The position numbers were made by a program, and so were the translations under genes. Shown piece by piece: positions 1-12,020 of a stretch of 35,704 nt of DNA. Under the pieces are notes generated by a model that searched no databases, was not told the DNA's origin, and worked only from the letters and a program-made list of their open reading frames with translations. Positions within the stretch are counted from its first letter, which is position 1. Each line of letters opens with the position of its first letter. The stretch comes from Tubiluchus corallicola (lineage: Eukaryota > Animalia > Priapulida). The DNA is taken from positions 1 to 35,704 of the forward strand of contig JAQGDQ010001535.1 of assembly GCA_030141605.1 (NCBI GenBank), read 5' to 3'.

Positions 1-419
1 GACAAGAAGACAAGAGGATCGAGAAAAGAACCGGAGAAGGAAAAAAATAGAAGAAAAGAATAAAATAAAAACAGAATGGAAAGAAAAGACGTATGCGCAT
101 GCGCTATTATAACCTTTAGCGATTCGCAGCTCTCCCAACTAAGAATCAGCAGCAGCTACTTCAAGACGAGAAACCATCAAATTTTAGCAGTTCAATGTCA
201 TAAAACAAGCAGTCTAGCAAAAGTTACAGTACCTTGGGGGTCGGGAACAACATTTGTGATTCATAAACTACTTCCAAAGACTGCACAGCAACGTAAAAGG
301 GTAACTAAGAGAGCTATAAGCTTGCAGGAAGAATCTGTAGGCATGCAAGGAAGACGCTGATGTCATTTCATAGCCAGTCCACTATATAGAAAAATTTATA
401 TAGTAATATAGTCCATTAC

Positions 420-835
420 GACAACAATTCTATCACTAAACAAGGAGTTCAACTTTGCAATACCCTGCCATCAAATTTAAAACAAATCAAGTCTTTTGAC
501 AAATTCAAAGCAAAATTAAAAATACATACATTAAGTCGTTTTGAGAACCCTACATACGTAAACGATAATATATATTCATCCGCAAATTTTATTTACCCAC
601 GTTATTAAATTATATGTATGTATTGTATATAGTCTATTATAATTTCCGTGCAATATTATAATGTATATTTTGTTTTAAATTTTTGGCACAGTAGTTTTTA
701 GTTTGCACTGGACGCATTTGCCTTTAACAGTTGTGTGAATTTTTCTTCTCATGCTGCGATGTTCTTTTATGCTTTATAGTTATGAATATCGATTTTTATG
801 GCAAATAAAGATTATTATATATATATATATATATA
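420..835 (+). mobile_element. Decayed L2/Crack-like LINE 3' end
   Basis: 423-542 translates NNSITKQGVQLCNTLPSNLKQIKSFDKFKAKLKIHTLSRF, matching the G..LWN.LP..IK...S...FK..LK pattern at the end of L2/Crack ORF2; followed by an AT-rich tail, AATAAA (~804) and (TA)n. Confidence 0.6.
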
Positions 836-846
836 GAGTAATATAA

Positions 847-959
847 CATTTTATCAGGAAACTTCAATGTTCTTACTGCACACCAGCAGTCGTCACAGTT
901 ATTTTTCCCACGACCTCTGCTAGTGCGCAGTAAAAACGTTGAATTTTTCTAATAAAATG
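847..959. repeat. Inverted repeat / hairpin (48-bp arms, 17-nt loop)
   Basis: 847-894 vs the reverse complement of 912-959: 39/48 identical. Confidence 0.85.
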
Positions 960-1319
960 CAATAAAATTTATTATATTGTTTTATTACACAGTTATATAT
1001 TAGTCAGTTGTTTACGAAACGGATATTATTCTTGTTGTAAATAATTTAAAATTTTTATTCCGTTCACGTCGTATTTGAGTCACTAAACACGACCATATTT
1101 GCTCGTTTAAGCTTTGCAATCAGCTTAAATTGGCTTACAATAAGTTGACAATGTAAACATGCTGTGAAATTTTTGTTGGTTTTCAGTTGCCACGGCGTTA
1201 CACTTTGTTTGCTAATAAGCCGGGTGAAACCCTTTCATTTGTTAATTCACCGATGAAAAGAGGCGCTGCACGCAGAGCATCGGTCTTGCAGTGAAAATGT
1301 CATATTAAAGTAAGTGCAA

Positions 1320-1540
1320 TTGCAAACACGTGCAACACGCTCCTGGAATATTTTTGATGTTGAAAATTATGTTAGTTTGTGATGTCGTCGATAGTTGGAC
1401 TCGCCTGTTGTTAATTAAGTTTTTAATCTATTATTTAATTATCAGAAACGCTTTTGCAGTATTAATTGTGTTAAAATGTACACTTTTTGCCCTACTTGAA
1501 AATCGAGTAGCAGATGAAAAATCATCCTGTCTTCTTTTAG
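1320..1540 (-). mobile_element. Family A copy, inverted
   Basis: Reverse complement of ~2232-2450 (paralogous spurious ORFs MQHAPGIFLMLKIMLVCD / MQHAHGIFLLLKIMLVCD). Confidence 0.7.
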
Positions 1541-1544
1541 AGTA

Positions 1545-2002
1545 GACATAATTTATTATAGGATTGGATCAGACAGTTTGAACAATAAGATTTAGGATCC
1601 TCACCAAAACAGACTTTATACACTATTTACACAAACATTTACAGGAAGAATAGACTATAACTACACAAGCTGACAAGTTTTACTACAAGATTACATTAGA
1701 CATTAGTAACATTTACAGTAAGAATGACTATAACTACACAAGCTGACAAGTTTCACAACAAGATTACATTAGACATTAGTAGAAAATGACGGTTAGAAAA
1801 TATTAATGTACGAATATTTAAGACTGATGCATTTCATATCAGATAGAAACCACTGGAAGCGTTTAGTACGTAATATAAAGTCATGTATGCATTGGAATAT
1901 TTTACAGTTAGCAACATATTTAAATTCATCTTTTCCGAATAATAACAACTTCAACTGATCATTAGTTCCTAAGACAGCTATATTAAGGTTTTCAGGCAGA
2001 AG
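1545..2002 (-). mobile_element. 3' end of the same CR1/L2-group LINE
   Basis: Same terminus; ORF 1793-2011 LLPENLNIAVLGTNDQLKLLLFGKDEF...TKRFQ; two internal 3'UTR repeats. Confidence 0.85.
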
Positions 2003-2231
2003 CAAACACACTTCGGACCCGAAAATGGGGTTGTGTATGAAAAATCATTCTGCCTTTTTTAAGCAATATAACTTTTCAAGGAAAGTTTTTTGGGGTGATT
2101 AACTTTAAAATTCCCTTTTTCCTCTTCTTCAAAAAAACACTCCGAGCAAAAATATTCTTCTCTCTGCTCCTCTCTCTATAAACACTGAAGCCATGTTACC
2201 CTCAAGTAAATCTTTTGTGCTCAGGTTTCTG

Positions 2232-2675
2232 CTAAAGGAAGACAGCGTAATTTTTAATATACTACCCCATTCTTAAATGCGATTGAAAGTATACATTTTA
2301 ACATAATTGCTACTAGAAACGCGTTTCTGATAATTAAATTATACATTAATAATTTAATTAACGGCGGGTGAGCCCAACTATTAATGACATCACAAACTAA
2401 CATAATTTTCAACAGCAAAAATATTCCATGAGCGTGTTGCACGTGTTTTTAAAAGAAAACACTGAAGTACAGCGTACTACTGTAAGATATTCAGAGTGTT
2501 GTACTAAAACTAGGCAAGTTTTAAGATAAAAAATCAAATTTCAAATTTACCGCTTTGCTCACGCATTAGCTGTCGAACGTGCGTAGTTCGTCACAAACTG
2601 ACACATCTGAACTGAGAGGTACAACACCTATTTTTGTGCAACACATTTCGAAATGCAGGCGCCAGTGCCCTCACG
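2232..2675 (+). mobile_element. Dispersed repeat family A (probable Kolobok-like non-autonomous element)
   Basis: Begins ctaaaggaagacag; core aacgcgtttctgataatt...tgacatcacaaactaacataattttc...gtgttgcacgtg recurs at 1320(-), 12873, 13717, 23700 and 33835. Strand is arbitrary. Confidence 0.7.
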
Positions 2676-2684
2676 TCACATGAT

Positions 2685-2945
2685 GCATCTCACATCACCT
2701 CATCTCACCTCATCTCGTCTCGCCACATCACATCATACACCTCACCTCACCTTCTCTCGTCTAGTCTCATCACATCACAATACATCTCACCTCACCTTGC
2801 CTCGACTTGTCTCGTCACATCACATCACATATATCGCATAATCTCATCTCACCTCACGTCGTCTCGTCTCGTCACATCTCACCTCACTTCGTCTCCTCTC
2901 TCTCATTTCACATCACATATCACTAAAAATCACATATTATCGCAT
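2685..2945. repeat. Degenerate pentanucleotide repeat (TCACA/TCATC/TCGTC)
   Basis: Directly visible. Confidence 0.9.
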
Positions 2946-3379
2946 AACATGACTTGTAGATCATTGCAGAATTGTCTAATGTTTAGTTTAATCTAAAATT
3001 TTATTTATTTAAACTGTTTCATGTAAAATAAATCACACGTATTTTCAAATAAATAAAACGTGTTAGCGCTTCTCCATACTTGAGAAGTGCAGAAAAAATG
3101 GAAGCGTTAGGAAAGAGATTGTTGTGAAATTGATCGCTTAAATGTTATTACGTCTGCACGTTCATGAAAAAAGAGGTCTTGGTAACGCATCTAAACGCAT
3201 TTCTCGTTTGTTTTTGTGGCGCCCCACCGTGAGTGCGTTTTACAACATTGTGTTTGTTTTGCTTTAATCTTCGAAGCTCAAATGAACGTGTTCGAATTGC
3301 AAACTAAACACTGCTCTTTCTGCCGTTTAAATGCACGCGAAAGTTCACGGGAGATATGAAACGTATATATATGTATATA

Positions 3380-3420
3380 AGGGAGAGAGGGAGGGAGAGG
3401 GAGAGAGAGAGAGAGACGGA

Positions 3421-3459
<39 letters not shown>

Positions 3460-3466
3460 GGAGAGG

Positions 3467-3507
<41 letters not shown>

Positions 3508-3536
3508 GGAGAGGGAGGGAGAGGAGAGAAAGAAAC

Positions 3537-3569
<33 letters not shown>

Positions 3570-3576
3570 GAGAAAG

Positions 3577-3634
<58 letters not shown>

Positions 3635-3865
3635 AAAGCATGAGGAATAAATCTTCTTATCTCAGACCCTTTTACTTAAATTAAAGCTGCAATATCGCAA
3701 TATTTTGAAACGATACGTAGAAATGTCGGAAGCTGTTTATTTTGCTTTAAGCTTTGCAAAAAGATCAGAAATCTTGAAGATGAAGACCAGAGAAAGAGAG
3801 GGTGAAAAGAGACGTTTCAACTTCCCGGGAGCATTATTTACACTTTCTCTCTCCCTCCTCCCCAT

Positions 3866-3907
<42 letters not shown>

Positions 3908-4007
3908 ACCCTCCTTCCCATTCCCCCCTCTTTCTCACCTTCTCTCTTTCTCTCTCTCTCACTCTCTTTCTCTCTCCCTCCTCCCTCCTCCCCATTCCTT
4001 CTCCCTC

Positions 4008-4045
<38 letters not shown>

Positions 4046-4065
4046 CTCCCCACTCCCTCTCTTCC
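3380..4065. repeat. (GA)n block 3380-3630 and (CT)n block 3846-4065
   Basis: Directly visible. Confidence 0.95.
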
Positions 4066-4502
4066 ACTTCCCGGGAGCATTATTTACACTTAACACCCGC
4101 CTAGAACCAAATTACAACATTAATTCTTACGAAACGGTAAATTAATATCGTTTGAAATAACTCACGTACGCAACGGTAACTTTCTAAACATTTACGTTAC
4201 AGAAGTAACAAAGGACTTGTGCAGAGCAGCAGAAATTTCAACGTTAATAATTAACAACTTTCCTCAAACTCGAGAAAACGACGAAAATTAACGTCCATTC
4301 AAATTCGTGGCCTGGAGTAATTATTGACATTCGCAAATGGAAGGAAGAGACGACTCAAATGGCTTTTCAGAAAAAAAACAACATTTTTCTACTCGAGGAG
4401 CAGTTACTGCTCTATGAAATGTAACGAATGAAAAAAAACAAGTTGTTACTGTTCGAATCAACAGCTTACTTTAGAAGAACCAACAGCAAAAAATCCTATT
4501 AA

Positions 4503-5119
4503 CCCTTATAGGGTCACCGGGGGGTAAAAAGTTACCCCTAGACCGGTTTTTTGCATTTTACCCTTTTACCATACGTATCCCAGTAAACCATTTCTATGAC
4601 TTTTTCTAAATATGTTTTGTGCACAAAATACTTTCAGTTATTTATTTTAGATGCATTGTCTCACCACGAAATAAAAGTGAAAATGCAATATGTCGATTTT
4701 TTAAAATTGTCGAAATTTTACTTCGCTTGTCTAAACATTATACTGGCGATATATCTGATAAAACAAATGTCAGTTACTCAAATTACTCCACCTAAAGAAG
4801 AAAGTAGTAGACAATAAATTCAAAATAACAATGATTTTTGCACACGCGCTAGCAATGTCGGTTGTCTACAGTTATTCCAGCATAGATAAGGGAACGTAAC
4901 TAAGTGAATTTAACTTTCGTATTACTAGTAAGTCACATGTCTTTAAGCAGAGGTATAATGTATCCTATGGTGGTCAGCATAACTTCAAATTATGCTGTTG
5001 CTGTTTACTAATGAAACACGGCGGTTTATCAAAAGTAATTTACGAATTATGGTGGGGTAATTTTTACCCCCCCCCCCCGTTACCAAAATCGGTTGTAAAA
5101 AATCGTGAACCTATAAGAG
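4503..5119. mobile_element. piggyBac-like non-autonomous DNA transposon
   Basis: TTAA at 4499-4502 and 5120-5123; imperfect TIRs cccttatagggtcac / gtgaacctataagag; subterminal ggggtaa...ttacccc palindromes near both ends. Confidence 0.7.
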
Positions 5120-5154
5120 TTAAAATGAATGCAAGACAATACAAGATTTAGTCA

Positions 5155-5230
5155 ACACTACACTACGCTACGCTACACTACACTACACTGTACTACACTA
5201 CACTACACTACACTGCACTGCACTGCACTT
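5155..5230. repeat. (ACACT/GCACT)n pentanucleotide microsatellite
   Basis: Directly visible. Confidence 0.9.
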
Positions 5231-5582
5231 ACAGAGGTCTTACGGGAGCAAAGGTAATTCACACTTCTCACCTTTGTATAACACCTCCATTAACTCCATC
5301 AAGGGCTTCCTAAACGAATCAGCTTATTTCACGCGCATTAGATGACGTAATACCAACACAGTCGAAAAGCATCAACACTCGTAACGCTATTTGCGTAGAT
5401 TTTTCCAGAGATACAAAGTTTTAAATCAGCAGCAATGGAGCCATTACTGTTAAAATGTACAGCAAGTGCTCTTTGTGTTCACTACGTTTAATCCAAATCA
5501 GGTGATACAGTTTCCTACATTTTTAAGAGCTATTTGGTCAGAACACTAATAATGTTTTGACTAGTTCAACTGTACTTGCGTT

Positions 5583-5822
5583 CAGGGCCTATTTCGGGGG
5601 GGGGATACTTGGGGATACTTCCCCGGGGCCTCATGCCGAGGTAACTTTTTTTGCTTTATGCGAACATGCTGCCTCCTCTCTCCCTCTTAACAACTGTATA
5701 ACTCCATATTTTCTCTTCGAAAATGCTTCTCTGGCAATCTAGCAGTTCAAAAACTGCACCCCCCCCCAGTGGCCTCACACGTCCCACTTCCCTGGGCCTC
5801 GCTTAGGCTGAAATAGGCCCTG
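5583..5822. mobile_element. hAT-like MITE
   Basis: Perfect 13-bp TIR cagggcctatttc / gaaataggccctg; 8-bp TSD cttgcgtt / cttgcatt (7/8 match). Confidence 0.8.
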
Positions 5823-6165
5823 CTTGCATTCAGACATTTTCTATTTTAACGGAAATTTAGATTCCGTAATCCAGAGGATTAACTCCCATTATTTCTTGAC
5901 AACAAATCTTTATCAATGGTTTATTTTCTGTGAAGACATTTTTCTTGTAAACTAATAGTTGATTTCTTTATTGTCTTACTGCCAGGTAAGTAAGTAAGTT
6001 GCCAAAGTAATTTGCCAGCGCTTTATAAACTTGTATGTTTTTCAATTTACGGTTAGCTGACATCGTTCCGGTATTCAGTTTTTTAGCAATAATGGAAAAC
6101 TATAAAGTTGTAAATTTGCAGTCAAAAGACGGTGCATTGTAATACCACACTGTGAAATTTCAACT

Positions 6166-6733
6166 TTAGTTTAAACATAATTTATTATAGGATTGGATCA
6201 GACAGTTTGAACAACATGATTTAGGATCCTCACCACAACAGACTTTATACACTATTTGCAGAAACATTTACAGTAAGAATAGACTATAACTACACAAGAT
6301 GACAAGTTTTACTACAAGATTACTTTAGACATTAGTAACATTTACAGTAAGAACAGACTATAACTACACAAGCTGACAAGTTTTACTACAAGATTACATT
6401 AGATATTAGTAACATTTACGTAAGAATTGACTATATCTGCTCAAGCTTACAAGTTTTACTACAAGATTACTTTAGACATTAGTAGAAATTGATGGTTAGA
6501 AAATATCAATGTACGAATATCTAAGACTAAGATTTCATATCAGATAGAAACTACTGGAAGCGTTTAGTACGTAATATAAAGTCATGTATGCATTGGAATA
6601 TTTTACAGTTAGCAACATAGTTAAATTCATCTTTTCGGAATAATAACAACATCAACAGATCATTAGTTCCTAAGGCAGCTATATCACGGTTTTCGGGCAG
6701 AAGTATTTCATTTAGTTTATCAAACATAACAGC
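6166..6733 (-). mobile_element. 3' end of the same CR1/L2-group LINE
   Basis: Highly similar to 20021-20590, including the same 3' terminus (ttaaacataatttattataggattggatcagac on +) and three internal 3'UTR repeats. Confidence 0.85.
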
Positions 6734-6885
6734 GTTTGTTTCTAGTACTATTCTGGTACAAATTTAGGCATATTTTTCTGCACCATAATAAATATTAAAC
6801 GACCTTTTTAGCAAATTTAGATGCTACCCAAACATAGATGGCAGCCATGTAGCAGACAATAATATTAGTAGTGTTTAGTAACATA

Positions 6886-6998
6886 GCTAAATCACGTTGA
6901 AAACACCGGTTCTCGTCTGATCACCGAAGTTAAGCAACGCAGAGCCTGGTTAGTACTTGGATGGGTTACCGCCTAGGAATACCAGGTGCTGTAGGCTT
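6886..6998 (+). pseudogene. 5S rRNA-derived head of the SINE (not a canonical 5S gene)
   Basis: atcacgttgaaaacaccggttctcgtctgatcaccgaagttaagc...ttagtacttggatggg...gaataccaggtgctgtaggctt matches metazoan 5S rRNA with A box/IE/C box; first few bases missing; no oligo-T terminator, reads into the SINE body. Confidence 0.88.
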
Positions 6999-7433
6999 GC
7001 GGGATGCCCACACTGTATCTCGACACTAGAAGGAGGAGCTGTACAAGCAGCCGTCGGCTAGAGGGCGGAAGAGGTCAAATGACCCAACAGCCATGTGTAG
7101 AGGAGTAAACCTTCCAAATCAGGAGTGGAGCCCCGAAGGCGGACCAGTGCAGCATGCTCACTGACTCCGGCAGCTCCTGCAGCCAACCTGGTGCCAAACG
7201 TATCGCTCCGCTTTCCTTTGGACTACACCAGGGAGGAAGAGAGGGGTTCCTGTTGTCTGGGCAATTCAGGATCTCCATACACCTTGCCCAAGTGTGTGCC
7301 CTGGAGAGGCCACTCCAGTGGTTGAAGGATCGGATTGCTCAGCCACAGTCGACGCTGCAGCTCCATCAATGTGATCAATAACTGACTCTCTTGGCGCACA
7401 CTCCATTGTCTTCCGAGATAGAAGGATGCCAAC
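6886..7433 (+). mobile_element. 5S rRNA-derived SINE (SINE3 type) with RTE-derived 3' tail, near full length
   Basis: 5S-like head 6886-6998; body shared with the copy at 25258; 7326-7385 translates RIGLLSHSRRCSSINVINN* (RTE/BovB-like ORF C-terminus) and is followed by ...ctccattgtcttccgagatagaaggatgccaac; flanked by direct repeats 6787-6889 and 7434-7538. Confidence 0.85.
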
Positions 7434-7548
7434 AATAAATATTAAAGGAAATTTTAGCAAATTTTGATGTGCTACCCAAACAAAGATGGTAGCCATGTAG
7501 CAGTCAATAATATTAGTAATGTTTTAGTAATAGAGCTATACTACTTAC

Positions 7549-7689
7549 CTTGTAATGTTGCTTAGCTTGGACAGGGGAGTTAAAAGAGACACCGCACAGC
7601 TTGCATAGAGTGTCCGTATTCGCATCACTGGAATTACTGACCACTGGCTGCTCCGGAGAACCCTGTCGGGGAGAAGAGGAGCTCGTATC
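7549..7689 (-). CDS. ZMAT3-like: Internal coding exon of the same ZMAT3-like gene: linker plus most of a second zinc finger
   Basis: Acceptor ttttttgtttcag|GATACG and donor CATTACAAG|gtaagt; 141 nt, phase 0-0, compatible with the phase-0 end of the 28165 exon. Encodes DTSSSSPRQG...DTLCKLCGVSFNSPVQAKQHYK; the finger-completing GKxH must lie in the next exon, which was not found in 1-7548. Confidence 0.88.
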
Positions 7690-7865
7690 CTGAAACAAAA
7701 AATACAACGTTGAAAGATTTACCAACTTTCATTGCTTCCGACCGATCAAATTATTGCGGATCAGATCGGTTGACGATGATGCAAAAATAGGAATCCGCCA
7801 TGTTTAATCTTTTTTTATACTGATTCGTAAATGTTATTGTAGGCAGTTACCGCTAGGCTAGTGAG

Positions 7866-8091
7866 GACAATGCAGAAAAATAATCAGAAAAACAATGCAG
7901 AGAAACAATGCAGAAAAGCAATGCAGAAAAACAATGCAGAAAAACAATGTAGACAAACAAAGCAGAAAAATAATGTAGACAAACAATGCAGAAAAACAAT
8001 ATAGACAAATAATGCAGACAAACAATGCAGAAAAACAATGTAGGCGAACAATGCAGAAAAGCAATGCAGACAAACAATGCAGAAAACAATG
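7866..8091. repeat. ~13-bp tandem repeat (aaacaatgcagaa)n
   Basis: Directly visible. Confidence 0.9.
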
Positions 8092-8619
8092 ATCGGATGT
8101 GTCTGTATTCGGTCTTGATCGCTGATCGGTGTTTCGATCGATCGTCACACAAACAAAACCACCAATCTGCGAATAGTTATCGGTCTCTGATTTGACATTG
8201 ATCACTACTAACCAGTCAGTGATAGTTTTGAAGCAGGGTCTCGAACCCATCACCTATTCACCTATACATTCAGCCTCTTTTCTGATAATTCACTGTTCAC
8301 AATTTTTCATTGTAAAATTTTTATTAACCGTCACATTTTTCTCATTCATGGGAAAACTACATTTAATTACACCAACGTGACATCAAGATTATCAATGACA
8401 CACTTAATTGGCTTCATTAGCTAGTAGACTTCATGTCAGATAATTTTCAAGAAAGCTCATTTGTAAAGTTTCAACTTCTCGCAAATTCTGACAGCAAAAA
8501 TAATTTGCATATAGATGACGTTTTCTGCCACAAACAATCCATTTATTCTCGACTATGGCGCCTAGAATATTATTTTTGTTGACGCGCACAGTTTTATAGA
8601 ATGTTACTGAGAATCAATG

Positions 8620-11600
8620 TGTCAGAGTACGTGTGAGTTGCATTAAAGTAGGCGTCATTTGTATCAAAGTATGGGTGAGTTGCATTAAAGTAGGCGTCAT
8701 TTGTATCAAAGTACGCGTGAGTTGCATTAAAGTGGGCGTCAATTGTATCAAAGTATGTGTGAGTTGCATTAAAGTAGGCATCATTTGTATCAAAGTATGT
8801 GTGAGTTGCATTAAAGTAGGCATCATTTGTATCAAAGTATGGGTGAGTTGCATTAAAGTAGGCATCATTTGTATCAAAGTATGTGTGAGTTGCATTAAAG
8901 TAGGCATTATTTGTATCAAAGTACACGTAAGCTTTATTAAAGTAGGCGTGACTTTGTTAAAGTACGTGTGAGCTGTATTAATGTAGGTGTCACAATAACT
9001 GCATCAAAGTGCATGCTAACAGTATCAAAGTTCAGGTTAAATGCATCAAAGTTCAGGTTAACTGCATTAAAGTTCAGGTTGACTGCATCAAAGTTCAGGT
9101 TAACTACATCAAAGTGCATGCTAACAGTATCAAAGTTCAGGTTAACTGCATCAAAGTTCAGGTTAACTGCATTAAAGTTCAGGTTGACTGCATCAAAGTT
9201 CAGGTTAACTGCATCAAAGTGCATGCTAACAGTATCAAAGTTCAGGTTAACTGCATCAAAGTTCAGGTTAACTGCATTAAAGTTCAGGTTGACTGCATCA
9301 AAGTTCAGGTTAACTACATCAAAGCTCACATTAACTGCATCAAAGTTCAGGTTAACTGCATCAAAGTTCAGGTTAACTGCATCAAAGTTCAGGTTAACTG
9401 CATCAAAGCTCACATTAACTGCATCAAAGTTCAGGTTAACTGCATCAAAGTTCAGGTTAACTGCATCAAAGTTCAGGTTAACTGCATCAAATTTCAGGTT
9501 AACTGCATCAAAGTTCAGGTTAACTACATCAAAGCTCACATTAACTGCATCAAAGTTCAGGTTAACTGCATCAAAGTTCAGGTTAACTACATCAAAGCTC
9601 ACATTAACTGCATCAAAGTTCAGGTTAACTGCATCAAAGTTCAGGTTAACTGCATCAAAGTTCGCGTTAACTGTATCAAAGTTCAGGTTAACTGCATCAA
9701 AGCTCAGGTTAACTGCATCAAAGCTCACATTAACTGCATCAAAATTCAGGTTAACTGCATCAAAGTTCAGGTTAACTACATCAAAGCTCAGGTTAACTGC
9801 ATCAAAGTTCAGGTTAACTACAACAAAGCTCATATTAACTGCATCAAAGTTCAGGTTAACTGCATCAAAGTTCAGGTTAACTGCATCAAAGTTCAGGTTA
9901 ACTGCATCAAAGTTCAGGTTAACTGCATCAAAGTTCAGGTTAACTGCATCAAAGTTCAGGTTAACTACATCAAAGCTCACGTTAACTGCGTCAAAGTTCA
10001 GGTTAACTGCATCAAAGTTCAGGTTAACTGCATCAAAGTTCAGGTTAACTGCATCAAAGTTCAGGTTAACTGCATCAAAGTTCAGGTTAACTGCATCAAA
10101 GTTCACATTAACTGTATAAAAGTTCAGGTTAACTGCATCAAAGTTCAGGTTAACTGCATCAAAGTTCAGGTTAACTGCATCATCAAAGTTCAGGTTAACT
10201 GCATCAAAGTTCAGGTTAACTACATCAAAGCTCAGGTTAACTGCATCAAAGTTCAGGTTAACTGCATCAAAGTTCAGGTTAACTGCATCAAAGTTCAGGT
10301 TAACTGTATCAAAGTTCAGGTTAACTACATCAAAGCTCAGGTTAACTGCATCAAAGTTCAGGTTAACTACAACAAAGCTCAGGTTAACTGCATCAAAGTT
10401 CAGGTTAACTGCATCATCAAAGTTCAGGTTAACTGCATCAAAGTTCAGGTTAACTGCATCAAAGTTCAGGTTAACTGCATCAAAGTTCAGGTTAACTACA
10501 TCAAAGCTCAGGTTAACTGCATCAAAGTTCAGGTTAACTGCATCAAAGTTCAGGTTAACTGCATCAAAGTTCAGGTTAACTGCATCAAAGCTCACATTAA
10601 CTGCATCAAAATTCAGGTTAACTGCATCAAAGTTCACATTAACTGTATAAAAGTTCAGGTTAACTGCATCAAAGTTCAGGTTAACTGCATCAAAGTTCAG
10701 GTTAACTGCATCAAAGTTCAGGTTAACTGCATCAAAGTTCAGGTTAACTACATCAAAGCTCACGTTAACTGCATCAAAGTTCAGGTTAACTGCATCAAAG
10801 TTCAGGTTAACTGCATCAAAGTTCAGGTTAACTGCATCAAAGTTCAGGTTAACTGCATCAAAGTTCAGGTTAACTGCATCAAAGTTCAGGTTAACTGCAT
10901 CAAAGTTCAGGTTAACTGCATCAAAGTTCAGGTTAACTGCATCAAAGTTCAGGTTAACTGCATCAAAGTTCAGGTTAACTGCATCAAAGTTCAGGTTAAC
11001 TGCATCAAAGTTCAGGTTAACTACATCAAAGCTCAGGTTAACTGCATCAAAGTTCAGGTTAACTGCATCAAAGTTCAGGTTAACTGCATCAAAGTTCAGG
11101 TTAACTGTATCAAAGTTCAGGTTAACTACATCAAAGCTCAGGTTAACTGCATCAAAGTTCAGGTTAACTACAACAAAGCTCAGGTTAACTGCATCAAAGT
11201 TCAGGTTAACTGCATCATCAAAGTTCAGGTTAACTGCATCAAAGTTCAGGTTAACTGCATCAAAGTTCAGGTTAACTGCATCAAAGTTCAGGTTAACTAC
11301 ATCAAAGCTCAGGTTAACTGCATCAAAGTTCAGGTTAACTGCATCAAAGTTCAGGTTAACTGCATCAAAGTTCAGGTTAACTGCATCAAAGTTCAGGTTA
11401 ACTGCATCAAAGTTCAGGTTAACTGCATCAAAGTTCAGGTTAACTACATCAAAGCTCACGTTAACTGCGTCAAAGTTCAGGTTAACTGCATCAAAGTTCA
11501 GGTTAACTGCATCAAAGTTCAGGTTAACTGCATCAAAGTTCAGGTTAACTGCATCAAAGTTCAGGTTAACTGCATCAAAGTTCACATTAACTGTATAAAA

Positions 11601-12020
11601 GTTCAGGTTAACTGCATCAAAGTTCAGGTTAACTGCATCAAAGTTCAGGTTAACTGCATCAAAGTTCAGGTTAACTGCATCATCAAAGTTCAGGTTAACT
11701 GCATCAAAGTTCAGGTTAACTGCATCAAAGTTCAGGTTAACTACATCAAAGCTCAGGTTAACTGCATCAAAGTTCAGGTTAACTGCATCAAAGTTCAGGT
11801 TAACTGCATCAAAGTTCAGGTTAACTACATCAAAGCTCAGGTTAACTGCATCAAAGTTCAGGTTAACTACAACAAAGCTCATATTAACTGCATCAAAGCT
11901 CAGGTTAACTGCAGCAAAGTTCTGGTTAACTACAACAAAGCTCATATTAACTGCATCAAAGTTCAGGTTAACTGCATCAAAGTTCAGGTTAACTGCATCA
12001 AAGTTCAGGTTAACTGTATC
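8620..12020. repeat. 21-bp minisatellite (aactgcatcaaagttcaggtt)n with a 42-bp dimeric left section
   Basis: About 145 near-identical 21-mers at ~9000-12020; 8620-8990 consists of related 42-bp units (gtgagttgcattaaagtaggcatcatttgtatcaaagtatgt). Confidence 0.98.

Noticed and set aside
1470-1495. ag|GGCAAAAAG (GKK) as the exon completing finger 2
   Set aside because: Reads GKKCTF* with no His and lies inside a family A repeat.
6886-6998. Functional 5S rRNA gene (also 25258-25400)
   Set aside because: No oligo-T terminator, 5' truncation or internal insertion, and a shared downstream SINE body.
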